In this document: piece after piece, positions 42,183 through 53,426 of the stretch
Numbering within the stretch: the first letter of the stretch is position 1
How the letters are laid out: the number at the start of each line of letters is the position of its first letter
Assembly (NCBI GenBank): GCA_045535075.1
Contig: JAZSKX010000017.1
Location: forward strand, 1-64,000
Reading direction: 5' to 3'
Length of the DNA stretch: 64,000 bases
From: Candidatus Spyradenecus sp.
GTDB taxonomy: Bacteria; Verrucomicrobiota; Verrucomicrobiia; Opitutales; UBA953
Translations under genes and position numbers: made by a program
The notes under the pieces: model-generated
What the model was told of the DNA's origin: nothing
Seen by the model: only the letters and a program-made list of their open reading frames with translations
The model's database searches: none

Positions 42183-43064
42183 TTAGCGTTCCCGCGCGCG
42201 TTCCCGGAAAGCGATGCGCGTGAAAATATTCACGGCAAGAATGGCAAGCATAATGACGAGTGCCGCGCCCCAGCCCGCCGTGTGCATTTCTTCGAACGGT
42301 GAATTTGTCGCGTATTCCGTGATCAAAACCGGCATATTTGCCGTCGGCTCGGAGAAAAATCTGTCCGGCCAGGCGTCGGCAAACATCGCGGTAAAAAGCA
42401 GCGGAGCGGTTTCGCCGGAAACGCGCGCGAGCGAAAGCAAAATTCCCGTGAGCAAACCGTTTTTTGCCGCGCGGCAAACAATGCAAAGCGTCGTTCGCGC
42501 ACGCGACATGCCGAGCGCGAGCCCGCTTTCGCGCAACGCGTCCGGCACCATCGCAAGCATATCTTCCGTCGTCCGCATAATCAGCGGGAACATGATAATC
42601 GCCAGCGCGACCGCTCCCGCGAATCCGGAAAAATGTCCCGTCGTTACCACAAGAATCGTGTAAACGAAAAGCCCGACGATGATCGACGGCAGGCCCATCA
42701 TGACGTTTGCGCTGAAACGCAACATCGCGCCGAGCTTGCTCTTTCGCCCGAATTCCGAAAGATAAATTCCGGCGGCAACGGCGAGCGGGACCGCGAGCGC
42801 AGCGGCGCAGAGCGTGATGAAAAGCGTTCCGAGCAAAGCGTTGGCAATGCCGGAATCGGAAACGCCGTAGGGCTTGGACGGATTGGTCAAAAAAACCCAG
42901 TCAATCGCGGGAACGCCGCGCGAGACCACCATGAAAAGAATCCACGCCATCGCAGCGACTGCAAGCGCAACCGCGAAAACGGAAAACACGCGGACTCCGA
43001 AATCCGCCGTTTTGCGGAAAAACAATGGTCTGCGACGAACAGTGTTAAGCGGAATCGTATTCAT
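42183..43064 (-). CDS. pstA: Phosphate ABC transporter permease
   Basis: PSIIVGLF and [13 protein letters not shown] motifs; operon position. Confidence 0.95.
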   Translation of the reverse strand: MNTIPLNTVRRRPLFFRKTADFGVRVFSVFAVALAVAAMAWILFMVVSRGVPAIDWVFLTNPSKPYGVSDSGIANALLGTLFITLCAAALAVPLAVAAGIYLSEFGRKSKLGAMLRFSANVMMGLPSIIVGLFVYTILVVTTGHFSGFAGAVALAIIMFPLIMRTTEDMLAMVPDALRESGLALGMSRARTTLCIVCRAAKNGLLTGILLSLARVSGETAPLLFTAMFADAWPDRFFSEPTANMPVLITEYATNSPFEEMHTAGWGAALVIMLAILAVNIFTRIAFRERARER

Positions 43065-43087
43065 AAAATTTATTTGTTTTGATGAGA

Positions 43088-43178
43088 GATGAGAGCTCAG
43101 GGCTTAGAGGTAAGTGCGTTTTGCCAAGGGCAAAAAAGGTTTTTAAAATGCTTCTTCCGGAAATACCTCTCATCTCTA
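43088..43178. repeat. About 90-bp dispersed hairpin element, copy 1
   Basis: GATGAGAG...CTTAGAGGTAA.TGCG.TTTGCC...GGCAAAA...CGGAAATACCTCTCATCTCTA, shared with 47812-47902. Confidence 0.8.
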
Positions 43179-43194
43179 AAATTTCACCTTTAAT

Positions 43195-44136
43195 CTAACT
43201 TCTTTCTCCGCGCTTGGAGGAAGTAAGGTGCAAGTAATATTGCGCGAAAACCTGAATACCGAACGCCATCACGAGCAACACGAGCCCGAGCGCGAAAAGC
43301 GCGCTGCGCTGAAGCCCGTCCGCTTCCGCAAAGTTGTTTGCGAGCGTCGCGGCAATCGTCGTTCCCGAGTCAAAAAGTGCCGCGGGAACGTCCATAATAT
43401 TTCCGATGACGAAAAGCACCGCCATCGTTTCGCCGAGTGCGCGCCCGAGCCCGACAAACACGCCGCCGAGCAAGCCGCGTATCCCGTATTTCATTACAAC
43501 ATCTTTCGCGCATTCCCACTTTGTGCAACCGATCCCGTAAGCGGATTCGCGCAAAACGGCGGGCGTCATTTTAAAAACATCGCGCATAATCGCGCAGACA
43601 TACGGCAAAATCATCAGCGCAAGAATCAACCCCGCCGTAAAAAAACCGAATCCGTTGAAACCGTGTTCGCCGACCAAAAGCCCGTCGAGCACGGGAACGG
43701 CTTGCAGATTTAAAGTTTCCGCAAGAAACGGCTGAACGTGATTTTGCATCAGCGGCGCGAGCACGAAAAGCCCCCACATGCCGTAAATCACACTCGGAAT
43801 CGCCGCGAGCAAATCAATCGCCTGCGAGAGCACGCGCCCGATTGCCGGCGGCGCATCCGTCAGATAAAGCGCGGAAACGAACGCAAGCGGAAGCGCGACG
43901 GCAAGCGCAATCGCCGTTGTCAGGAGCGTTCCCGCGATCGACGGGAACGCTCCGAATTTTCCGGCAACGGGATCCCATTCCGAGGAAAATAAAAACCCGA
44001 GCCCGAACTCGCGCCACGCCTCGCTCGAATTGACAAAGAGCTGAACGAAAAAGCTCAGCATCAGCAAACCGATCAGGCAAGCGCATGCGAGGCAAAACGT
44101 TTTGAAAAAGGAATCTGTAGCTTTTGGCGGATTCAT
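43195..44136 (-). CDS. pstC: Phosphate ABC transporter permease
   Basis: LLAAIPSVIYGMWG and GRALGETMAV motifs. Confidence 0.96.
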   Translation of the reverse strand: MNPPKATDSFFKTFCLACACLIGLLMLSFFVQLFVNSSEAWREFGLGFLFSSEWDPVAGKFGAFPSIAGTLLTTAIALAVALPLAFVSALYLTDAPPAIGRVLSQAIDLLAAIPSVIYGMWGLFVLAPLMQNHVQPFLAETLNLQAVPVLDGLLVGEHGFNGFGFFTAGLILALMILPYVCAIMRDVFKMTPAVLRESAYGIGCTKWECAKDVVMKYGIRGLLGGVFVGLGRALGETMAVLFVIGNIMDVPAALFDSGTTIAATLANNFAEADGLQRSALFALGLVLLVMAFGIQVFAQYYLHLTSSKRGERS

Positions 44137-44194
44137 TGCTTGTGTATTTCTGCAAACATTTTCGCCGAAGAATATTTAGCCGATATTCGGACTT

Positions 44195-44212
44195 CGTTAG
44201 TTTTTCGTTAAA
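44195..44212 (-). promoter_or_regulatory. Candidate Pho-box-like site upstream of pstC
   Basis: Minus strand TTTAACGAAAAACTAACG; half-sites 11 nt apart; matching site upstream of the porin gene. Confidence 0.4.
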
Positions 44213-44450
44213 TCGCTTTTTTCATTAACCGCGGAACGCACAGAACAAACACGGAAGTTTTGTTTTTCCCACAGATGAAACCGGATTTCTCTTACCAGCC
44301 CGCAACACCATAAAGTTTTTTCGGGAGCGCGAATGAAAACGCTTGCTTCGCGTTTTTTTTTGCAGAATCACCTCTGACAACTGAGTCAAAAATTCATCGA
44401 AACAGATTTTCGACGAACCAAACGCACTAACCCACGATCAATAAAAACAA

Positions 44451-45269
44451 ATGATTCCCTCAAAGCATACCCTAATTTTATGTATTTTATCGTTAGTTCC
44501 CTCGCTTTCCGCATTTGCAATTAGCGGCACGACGACCGACGAATGGTTGTCCTCCACAAATACAAGTGTTCATCAAAATCAAACATGGATTGATACTGGA
44601 CGTGCTCGCTTACAGCCAAATTCAAGTAAACAATCTGTTTTACACGTTTATGGTACAGCAATTTTAAATGAAGTCGTAACTGGATTTAGCGGAAACAATG
44701 CAATGATTTACATTTACGATGGCGGACATATCTCAGCAAACGACATAAGATGTGTTGACGTGATGGCGGATGCAGAGCATAAGGCTTGGATTGGAGTACA
44801 AGAAGGTGGCACGTTTACACTTAAAGCAACATCACAAAAAATGCCGACGATGCTTGCCCCAAAACAAGGAAGTGGAGACTATGGTGTCTATATTGAAGAT
44901 TTGAGCGGGTTTAAAATTGACCTCTCTGATTACCCGGAACCTACAGATACTGATATTTTCCTTATAAACCTAATAACAAATACTGAAAATGCGTTTGTAA
45001 GCCTTATTTCCTCTGGGAGTGCAGTAGAACGGGGGGGTAAGAGTGCCTCATCGTTTGAATTCTCAGAAAAAGGCATGCAAAAGTGGAATACGTCATTCAT
45101 TGAGAATATTTCTGGGTTTGAAGAATGGCAAAAAGAGTTTGTATTTAGTAGCGAAAACAATGGCACTCTTGTTTTAAAGCTTTCGAAAATTCCGGAGCCG
45201 TCGGCATTCGGGTTGCTCGCCGGATTGGGAGCTTTGGCGCTTGTTGGTGCGCGTCGCCGCCGTCGCTAA
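44451..45269 (+). CDS. PEP-CTERM sorted exported protein
   Basis: Signal peptide and C-terminal IPEPSAFGLLAGLGALALVGARRRRR; AT-rich body. Confidence 0.92.
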   Translation: MIPSKHTLILCILSLVPSLSAFAISGTTTDEWLSSTNTSVHQNQTWIDTGRARLQPNSSKQSVLHVYGTAILNEVVTGFSGNNAMIYIYDGGHISANDIRCVDVMADAEHKAWIGVQEGGTFTLKATSQKMPTMLAPKQGSGDYGVYIEDLSGFKIDLSDYPEPTDTDIFLINLITNTENAFVSLISSGSAVERGGKSASSFEFSEKGMQKWNTSFIENISGFEEWQKEFVFSSENNGTLVLKLSKIPEPSAFGLLAGLGALALVGARRRRR

Positions 45270-45290
45270 TGAGAGCTTAACACCTAAAAG

Positions 45291-45330
45291 AAGAGCGTTC
45301 CCGCAATTTGTTTTGCGGGAACGCTCTTTT
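45291..45330. terminator. Bidirectional terminator made of an inverted CGTTCCCGC pair
   Basis: AAGAGCGTTCCCGCAA-N6-TTGCGGGAACGCTCTT between convergent genes. Confidence 0.85.
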
Positions 45331-45379
45331 ATTTCCGTGGGTTCGGTGTATTCCGCGGGTAATTAGAATTTCCCGCGGT

Positions 45380-46423
45380 TTATTGAAGTTTTTCGCGGAT
45401 GAGCGAAACGACGTTTTCGGGAATCGGGACGTAATTCAGGCGCGCCGCCGAAGAAGCGCCTTCGGTGAAGCACCAGTTGAAATAATCTTTCAATGCCGCC
45501 TGCGTTCCCGCGTCCGCATCTTTTCGTATCAGGATATACGTTACGCCGGTGATCGGCCACGATTCCGCTCCGGGCTGGTCGGTGAGCATCATCAGAAATC
45601 CGGGTGCGTTTTTCCAATCGGCGTTTGCCGCGCTTGCCGCAAAGCTCTTTGCCGTCGGTGCGATGAACGTTCCCGCGCGGTTTTCAAGCTGCGCACAATT
45701 TAATTTCGCTTCCACGGCGTAAGTGTATTCGGTGTAGCCGATGCTTCCGCGAATTTTGGCGACGTTGTTGCACACGCCGGGATTTTTCTGTCCGCCGATG
45801 CCGACCGGCCATTTGACGGACGATCCCGCGCCGATTGTGTTTTTCCACTCGCCGGAAATTTTGCTCAGGTAATCCGTGAAAATAAACGTCGTTCCCGAGG
45901 AATCCGAGCGACGCACGACCGTGATTTTCAAATCTTTCGGAAGCCGCACGCCGGGATTGATTTTCGCGATCGCGGGATCGTTCCAGTTCGTGATTTTTCC
46001 GAGAAAGATATCCGAGAGCACAGCACGGCTGAGCTTGAGTTCGCCGGATTTTACGCCGGGAACATTGACGATGACAACCACGCCGCCCGTAAGCATCGGG
46101 AACTGAACGAGCCCCGTCTCCGCCTGTTGCTCCGCGGTGAGCGGGCTGTCCGTTCCCGCGAAATCCACCGTTCCCGCCTTAATTTGGCTGAGCCCCGCGC
46201 CGGAGCCGAGGCTTTGGTAGTTCACGGTTGCCTTGCCCGACTGCGTATAGGCGTAAGTCCACAGCTGATAAACCGGAGCCGGGAACGACGCGCCCGCGCC
46301 GTTGAGAGTTATTGCGTTTTTTGCAGGTGTGTTCGGCGTTCCCGCGTCGCCGCAACCCGAGCTGAGAAATACCGATGCCGCCAAAGCCGAGGCGAGCGTT
46401 CCTATGAGCATTTTTTTAATCAT
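45380..46423 (-). CDS. pstS: Phosphate-binding lipoprotein PstS
   Basis: GAGASFPAP, NYQSLGSGAG and RSDSSGTT motifs; SSGC lipobox. Confidence 0.97.
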   Translation of the reverse strand: MIKKMLIGTLASALAASVFLSSGCGDAGTPNTPAKNAITLNGAGASFPAPVYQLWTYAYTQSGKATVNYQSLGSGAGLSQIKAGTVDFAGTDSPLTAEQQAETGLVQFPMLTGGVVVIVNVPGVKSGELKLSRAVLSDIFLGKITNWNDPAIAKINPGVRLPKDLKITVVRRSDSSGTTFIFTDYLSKISGEWKNTIGAGSSVKWPVGIGGQKNPGVCNNVAKIRGSIGYTEYTYAVEAKLNCAQLENRAGTFIAPTAKSFAASAANADWKNAPGFLMMLTDQPGAESWPITGVTYILIRKDADAGTQAALKDYFNWCFTEGASSAARLNYVPIPENVVSLIREKLQ

Positions 46424-46506
46424 AATTTTTTTGATGAATTTTGATTTTGTTTCTTTATTTTCGCGTTCCCGCGTTTAGAGATTATTCGGGAATCATTAGT
46501 TTTCGG

Positions 46507-47694
46507 TTAGAATGTTGCCTGAAGTTGAAGCCTAAACGCGCTCGCGTATTCGTCGCGTTGCCCGCCGTCGAAGTCCGTGTATTCGTAGCCTGCGGAAATT
46601 TTGATGTGCTTGTTCGCGTAGAAATTCGCGCCAAGGTAGATTCCGCGTGCCGAGTCGTAATCTTTGCTGCCGTCCGTCGGAATGTTTTTGAGTTTCGACG
46701 GATCAATGTTCCGGTTGTCGCCAACGTCGAGACTGGAAAATCGAACAACCGGCTCGATGTTGTTTTCGAATCTGTAAGCGAAGGTCGCGTTCACGCCCCA
46801 AGCGGAGTCCGACATCACTTCGGAATCGCCGTCGGCAAAAAGCCCGTCGAAAATAGCCTGAAAACCGCCGGAGGAAAATTTTACATAAGGCTCCAATCCG
46901 TAAACGGCGCCGGGAACGCGTTTTGATGCGCGGCTGGTTTCATCGTCGTTTCCGGGATTGTAAACGCCGTTGACGCCGAATTCCAATTTATCGTCGCCGA
47001 ATTTAAACTCGTAAGCGACGTTCCCGTAGAATGCGACGCCGTCGTTTTGGTCGCCGTTAATGTCTTCCTTGTATTGGTTGGAGATCGCGAATCCGTATTT
47101 GAAGTCGGAAACTTTTCCGTCCCACCACACACCGCCGTGGCGTCCGGCGAGCGAGCCGTTTGCGAGGTTTGTAAAATAAACCGTTGCGACGGACTGCTCG
47201 ATGCAAAGTTGCGTTTTGGACGAGGAATATTCCTCCATCACAAAGCTCGGTTTTTGATAACCGGCGGTGAGTTTTCCGGCGGCGTTTTTGTAAGCGATAA
47301 TCGCCTTATCGACAAAGATCGTGCTGTTGTCGGCTCCGAGCTTTCCGCCTTTGTTCCCGCTGTCGATTTCAAAACCGACTTCAGCGCTCCACGCTTCGGA
47401 GATTTCCCCCTTTACGGAAATTGCCGCGCGGCGAATCGCGAATCCGGAATTGGCGTTGGCGGAATTGTTTTTACTGTCGTTGTAAAAATACTGCGCCTGC
47501 GCGTAGCCGGAGACTTTTATTTTCGCCGCATCGAGTTTTTTCTTGAGATCGGGAAGCTTGATGACGAGCTCGTCGTCCGCGCCGGCGGCGGGAACGTTTT
47601 TCGCGGGAACGTCTTGGGCTTCGGCGGCAGCAAATCCGCAAATAAGCATCGCCGCCGCAGTTAGTGTTTGTCGTGTCAGTTTTCGGTTCATCAT
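46507..47694 (-). CDS. Phosphate-selective porin (OprO/OprP-like)
   Basis: Signal peptide, GFAIRRA.I...G motif, C-terminal RLQLQATF; directly upstream of pstS. Confidence 0.8.
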   Translation of the reverse strand: MMNRKLTRQTLTAAAMLICGFAAAEAQDVPAKNVPAAGADDELVIKLPDLKKKLDAAKIKVSGYAQAQYFYNDSKNNSANANSGFAIRRAAISVKGEISEAWSAEVGFEIDSGNKGGKLGADNSTIFVDKAIIAYKNAAGKLTAGYQKPSFVMEEYSSSKTQLCIEQSVATVYFTNLANGSLAGRHGGVWWDGKVSDFKYGFAISNQYKEDINGDQNDGVAFYGNVAYEFKFGDDKLEFGVNGVYNPGNDDETSRASKRVPGAVYGLEPYVKFSSGGFQAIFDGLFADGDSEVMSDSAWGVNATFAYRFENNIEPVVRFSSLDVGDNRNIDPSKLKNIPTDGSKDYDSARGIYLGANFYANKHIKISAGYEYTDFDGGQRDEYASAFRLQLQATF

Positions 47695-47756
47695 TTTTTG
47701 AATGAATTAAAGTCCCGATAATCTACACGTGCTTTGTTCAGAGCTTATTCGCCTCA

Positions 47757-47774
47757 GATTAGAAATTTGTTAAA
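47757..47774 (-). promoter_or_regulatory. Candidate Pho-box-like site upstream of porin-pstS
   Basis: Minus strand TTTAACAAATTTCTAATC; same pattern and similar distance to start as the pstC site. Confidence 0.4.
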
Positions 47775-47811
47775 ACACAAAAGCAGGCTAAAAATTGTTT
47801 TTGAGGGAACC

Positions 47812-47902
47812 GATGAGAGCTGAGAGCTTAGAGGTAAATGCGCTTTGCCTACGGCAAAATGAGGTTTTTGAAATTCTTTTTCGGAAATACCTCTCATCTC
47901 TA
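47812..47902. repeat. About 90-bp dispersed hairpin element, copy 2
   Basis: Aligns with 43088-43178. Confidence 0.8.
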
Positions 47903-47953
47903 TCATCTTTCTACCGGAAACTCTATTTATGGAGCTTCCCTTAAAGATTAAAG

Positions 47954-47993
47954 AAAGCGTTCCCGCGAAAACAAATTGCGGGAACGCTTTTTT
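47954..47993. terminator. atp operon terminator made of an inverted CGTTCCCGC pair
   Basis: AAAGCGTTCCCGC-N11-GCGGGAACGCTTT after the atpC stop. Confidence 0.8.
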
Positions 47994-48012
47994 CGGAATT
48001 GAAACGCCAAGC

Positions 48013-48426
48013 TTAGTGCTTGGATTTGACGAGCTTTTGAGCGATGGCAAAGCGGGCGACGGCTTCGAGGCGTTCGAGCTCGGCGGGATCGATTTCCTTT
48101 TGGTGGCGCGCCGCTTCGAGCGCGGCTTCGGCGCGTTTCTGTGCATCTTCCACGGCGGAAAGATCGATCGCCTTGACGTCGATGGCGGCTTCGGCGAGCA
48201 CGCTCACGCGGTCGGCGAGCACGCGCGCGTAGCCTTTATCGACGGCGAGCTTGGTCGTTCCCGCGCTTGTTTCCACGTCGATTTCGCCGGGTTCGATTTC
48301 CGCCGTCAGCGGAATGTGCCCGGGAAGAATCCCGAGTTCGCCACTCGTCGTCGGAAGCGTCACGGAATTGACGTTTTCTGCCTGATAAACAATGCCTGTG
48401 GGAGTGATAATTTCAAAACTTAGCAT
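48013..48426 (-). CDS. atpC: ATP synthase epsilon subunit
   Basis: EIITP and GELGILPGH.P motifs; operon position. Confidence 0.96.
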   Translation of the reverse strand: MLSFEIITPTGIVYQAENVNSVTLPTTSGELGILPGHIPLTAEIEPGEIDVETSAGTTKLAVDKGYARVLADRVSVLAEAAIDVKAIDLSAVEDAQKRAEAALEAARHQKEIDPAELERLEAVARFAIAQKLVKSKH

Positions 48427-48490
48427 TTTAAAAAGGTAAAACTGATAACTGATAGTGGATAGGTTTCGTATGTTAAAACTGATAACAAAT

Positions 48491-48844
48491 TTATTCTTCC
48501 AGCTTTTTCTTGGTTGTTTTTACGGAGGAAGTAAGAAGCTTAGCCAATTCAACCACGTCCGGATAAATCGCATCATGCTCACGTGCAGACAAATACTCTC
48601 CGGCAAAAAGCAGTGTTAGCCAATATTGCGTTTCGTTTGCCTCTTTCAATGCAATATTGAGTTTGTGCACAAAATCCCGGCGACTTTGTGCATTCCACGC
48701 CTCATGAACATTCGCCCCTATACTGGTTGCGCTACGCAAAAACTGCTTGGACAGAACAAACTCTTTTTTTTCGTCAGTAAGATAACGATAGAGTTTTACC
48801 GCGCGCATTGCGAAAGCCATAGATTTTTCTCTCAACAAACTCAT
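48491..48844 (-). CDS. Four-helix-bundle (23S rRNA IVP-like) protein
   Basis: KS..FA, LSKQFLRSATSIGAN..EA, S..DF..KL.IALKEA.ET.YWL family motifs. Confidence 0.93.
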   Translation of the reverse strand: MSLLREKSMAFAMRAVKLYRYLTDEKKEFVLSKQFLRSATSIGANVHEAWNAQSRRDFVHKLNIALKEANETQYWLTLLFAGEYLSAREHDAIYPDVVELAKLLTSSVKTTKKKLEE

Positions 48845-48892
48845 GGTAAAACCTATCAGTTATCAGTTATCAGTTTTCCCTTATCGGCGAAG

Positions 48893-50329
<1,437 letters not shown>

Positions 50330-50460
50330 TTATAAAAAAAGAAGTGTTCCCGCAGATAGATACAAACGTTTCCGGATATTTTTCAAAAGCTTCGCGTTAA
50401 AAACATTCGTGGCGGGTTGTGTTCATTTCTTTAAGCTTTAAGCCCTAAGCACTCAACTTT

Positions 50461-51360
50461 CTATCCTGCGTTGGAGGCGGCGAGTTCGTTGATTTCGTTG
50501 GTGATGGCGGCTTGGCGCGCCTTGTTGTATTCGAGCGAGAGGGAATCGACGAGGTTTTTCGCGTTGTCCGTCGCGGCTTTCATCGCGACCATGCGCGCGG
50601 ACTGTTCGGACGCTTTCGCCTCCAAAATCGCCTGATACAAGCTCTGCTTGAAAAACAGCGCGGGAAGCCCGTCGAGAATCGTTCCCGCGTCGGGCGCGAA
50701 CGACATTTCGCGGTCGTCTTCGAGCAGCTTAAATTCTTCTTTTTTGCCCTGCGCGGCGAACTGCGCCTGCATGCGTTCTTCCAAGTTCCCGAGCGGCACG
50801 AGCGTCGCCATTGTCGGCACCTGCACAATCGTGTTCTTAAACTGCGAAAGCACAATTTCGATCGTGTCGATCGTTCCCGCGAGGTATTCCTTGATCAAAA
50901 ATTCCCCGATCGGGCGCACTTCGGAAAAGTTCACGCGGTCGCTCACGGAAAAGTCCGCCACGAGGTCGCGTTTCGACCGCGCCACGAACTGCGTCGCTTT
51001 TTTCCCGACGGTAAAAAACTTTGCCGGCGTTCCCGCGGGAACGTTTTTGTTCAAAAAGCGAAACAGATTGGAATTAAGCCCGCCGCACAGTCCTTTGTCG
51101 GTTGCGATGACGACGATCCCGCGCGTTTTCACGGGGCGTTCCTGCATGAGCGGATGCGAAAAATCGCCCGACAAATCGAGCCCGCGCAACGCCGTCGCAA
51201 GAATCCGCGAAAGCAGAACCGCGTAAGGTCGCCCGGAAGTTGCGGCGTCCTGCGCGCGGCGCATTTTCGACGATGCAACCAGCTGCATCGCGCGCGTGAT
51301 TTGCCCGGTGTTCGTCACCGAACGAATACGATTTCGAATTTCTCTCAGACCCTTAGCCAT
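50461..51360 (-). CDS. atpG: ATP synthase gamma subunit
   Basis: ITRAMQLVASSK, DKGLCGGLN and YNKARQAAITNEI motifs. Confidence 0.98.
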   Translation of the reverse strand: MAKGLREIRNRIRSVTNTGQITRAMQLVASSKMRRAQDAATSGRPYAVLLSRILATALRGLDLSGDFSHPLMQERPVKTRGIVVIATDKGLCGGLNSNLFRFLNKNVPAGTPAKFFTVGKKATQFVARSKRDLVADFSVSDRVNFSEVRPIGEFLIKEYLAGTIDTIEIVLSQFKNTIVQVPTMATLVPLGNLEERMQAQFAAQGKKEEFKLLEDDREMSFAPDAGTILDGLPALFFKQSLYQAILEAKASEQSARMVAMKAATDNAKNLVDSLSLEYNKARQAAITNEINELAASNAG

Positions 51361-51427
51361 TTTTGAAAAAAGATTAAAGCTTAATGCTTAAAGCTTAAAG
51401 AAAGTGTAAGTTTTAAGAAAAAGCAGT

Positions 51428-51808
51428 TTAAGATTGAATTGATTGTTTGTTGCGACGAAGCCCGCTAAGCATTCTCGCAATTTCCTGAATGAGAGCCCCT
51501 AAGTCCTCAAAGCGTTCCCGCGAAACGTACCCCAAATCCTCCGCCAGTTGAAGTTGGCAAAAAACTTCCATCAACGAACCGTAAGCGATTTCGATAAAAC
51601 GGATTTGATCTTTCGGGGATTCCTTTGCACTTCCTTCAGCAATGTTTGAAGGGACGGAAATCACGGCTCGCCGCAATTGATCCGCAAGCGAAAAACGCTC
51701 CGCTTGCGGGAACGATTCCAACACGGAGTAGACGCGTTTCACCAGCGCGCGCGACTTCTGCCACACAAGCAACTTTTGAAACGAGAAAAATGTGTTGGGA
51801 CTTTCCAT
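51428..51808 (-). CDS. Four-helix-bundle (23S rRNA IVP-like) protein
   Basis: FQKLLVWQKS, FP..ERF.L.DQLRRA.ISVPSNIAEG and IAYGSL.E motifs. Confidence 0.94.
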   Translation of the reverse strand: MESPNTFFSFQKLLVWQKSRALVKRVYSVLESFPQAERFSLADQLRRAVISVPSNIAEGSAKESPKDQIRFIEIAYGSLMEVFCQLQLAEDLGYVSRERFEDLGALIQEIARMLSGLRRNKQSIQS

Positions 51809-51850
51809 CTTCAAACTCTCTTTAAGCTTTAAGCATTAAGCTCTAAGCTT

Positions 51851-53377
51851 TCAGCCGGCATAAGCCGCTTTCCACTGCGAGCAAGCGGCTTTGATTTTGC
51901 CTTCGAGCTCGTCGTCGAGTTTCGCTTTAGTGCGGATCTCCGTGAGCGTTTCCTTGGCGGAAGTTTCCAAAAATTCCTGAAGCGCGAGCGAGGCGGCGAG
52001 CGTCTTTTCCCGGGGAATGTCCGCAAAGAAATCGTGCTGCATCGCCCAAATCAACGCGATTTGCGAGGCAACCGGTTTCGGTTCGCCGGGACCTTGTTTG
52101 AAGAGCTCGACGAAGCGGTCGCCCTTGTCGAGAATCATTTTCGTCGCCGCATCAAGATCGCTCCCGAACTGCGCAAACGCCGCCATTTCGCGATACTGCG
52201 CAAGCTCGCCTTTGACCTTCCCCGCGACTTGCTTAAACGCCTTGATCTGCGCAGAAGAACCGACGCGGGAAACCGACAAACCGACGGAAATCGCCGGGCG
52301 CACGCCTTGGTTGAACAAGTCCGTTTGCAGGAAGATTTGCCCGTCCGTAATCGAAATAACGTTGGTCGGAATGTAAGCGGAAACGTCGCCCGCCTGCGTT
52401 TCGATAATCGGGAGCGCGGTGAGCGAGCCTTTTCCCGTAAGGCGTGCGGCGCGTTCGAGCAGGCGGGAATGCAGGTAAAAAACGTCGCCCGGATACGCTT
52501 CGCGCCCGGAAGGACGTTTCAGAATCAAAGAAATCTGGCGATAGGCGGCGGCGTGCTTCGACAAGTCGTCGTAAACGACGAGCGCGTCCATGCCGTTTTC
52601 CATAAACCATTCGCCGATTGCCGCTCCCGCGAAAGGAGCATACATCTGGTTCGCGGCGTTTTCCGACGCTCCCGCGACGACGATCACGCAGTATTCGAGC
52701 GCTCCCGCCTTTTCGAGTGTCGCAATCAGGCGCGCCACGCTGGAATTTTTCTGCCCGACGGCAACGTAAATTGAGTAAACCGGACGGAAATTCGGGTCGC
52801 CCGAAGCCAAGCCTTCGCGGTTGATGCGCGCTTGGTTGATGATGGTGTCGGTCGCGATCGTTGTTTTGCCCGTCGAGCGGTCGCCGATGATGAGTTCGCG
52901 TTGCCCGCGCCCGATCGGAATCATCGCGTCGATCGGCATAATGCCGGTTTGGAGTGCCTGATTGACGGGCTCGCGCGGCATGATGCCGGGAGCGATTTTT
53001 TCAATCGGCGCGCGTTCGGCGGCGTTGATCGGACCTTTGCCGTCCACCGGATTGCCGAGCGTATCGACAACGCGCCCGAGCAATTCCTTGCCCACGGGAA
53101 CGCTGAGCAGGCGTCCCGTCGTCTTGCAAGTCATGCCTTCTTTGAGCGTCGAAGTATCGCCCATGACAACGACGCCGACAATGTCCTGCTCCAAGTTGAA
53201 CGCGATGCCTTCGAGCCCGTTTTCAAACGCGAGCATTTCCGTCATTTGCGTTTTGGAAAGCCCGTCCACTTTCGCCACGCCGTCGGCGAGCTCAATAATC
53301 GTGCCGACGTTCGACTTTTCGGGTTTAGCGTCGAGCGAAGCAATCGCCGACCGGATATCTTCAAGAATCTGACTCAT
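51851..53377 (-). CDS. atpA: ATP synthase alpha subunit
   Basis: [17 protein letters not shown] and [19 protein letters not shown] motifs. Confidence 0.99.
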   Translation of the reverse strand: MSQILEDIRSAIASLDAKPEKSNVGTIIELADGVAKVDGLSKTQMTEMLAFENGLEGIAFNLEQDIVGVVVMGDTSTLKEGMTCKTTGRLLSVPVGKELLGRVVDTLGNPVDGKGPINAAERAPIEKIAPGIMPREPVNQALQTGIMPIDAMIPIGRGQRELIIGDRSTGKTTIATDTIINQARINREGLASGDPNFRPVYSIYVAVGQKNSSVARLIATLEKAGALEYCVIVVAGASENAANQMYAPFAGAAIGEWFMENGMDALVVYDDLSKHAAAYRQISLILKRPSGREAYPGDVFYLHSRLLERAARLTGKGSLTALPIIETQAGDVSAYIPTNVISITDGQIFLQTDLFNQGVRPAISVGLSVSRVGSSAQIKAFKQVAGKVKGELAQYREMAAFAQFGSDLDAATKMILDKGDRFVELFKQGPGEPKPVASQIALIWAMQHDFFADIPREKTLAASLALQEFLETSAKETLTEIRTKAKLDDELEGKIKAACSQWKAAYAG

Positions 53378-53418
53378 AGTTGTGATTTCGTTTTAAGTTT
53401 TTTGTTTTTGTTAAAGGG
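53375..53418 (-). repeat. atpA leader plus ATG, repeated at about 55877-55915 and 56910-56954
   Basis: Plus strand CATAGTTGTGATTTCGTTTTAAGTTTTTT(G..)TTAAAGGG occurs three times. Confidence 0.9.
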
Positions 53419-53426
53419 ATTGAAAA

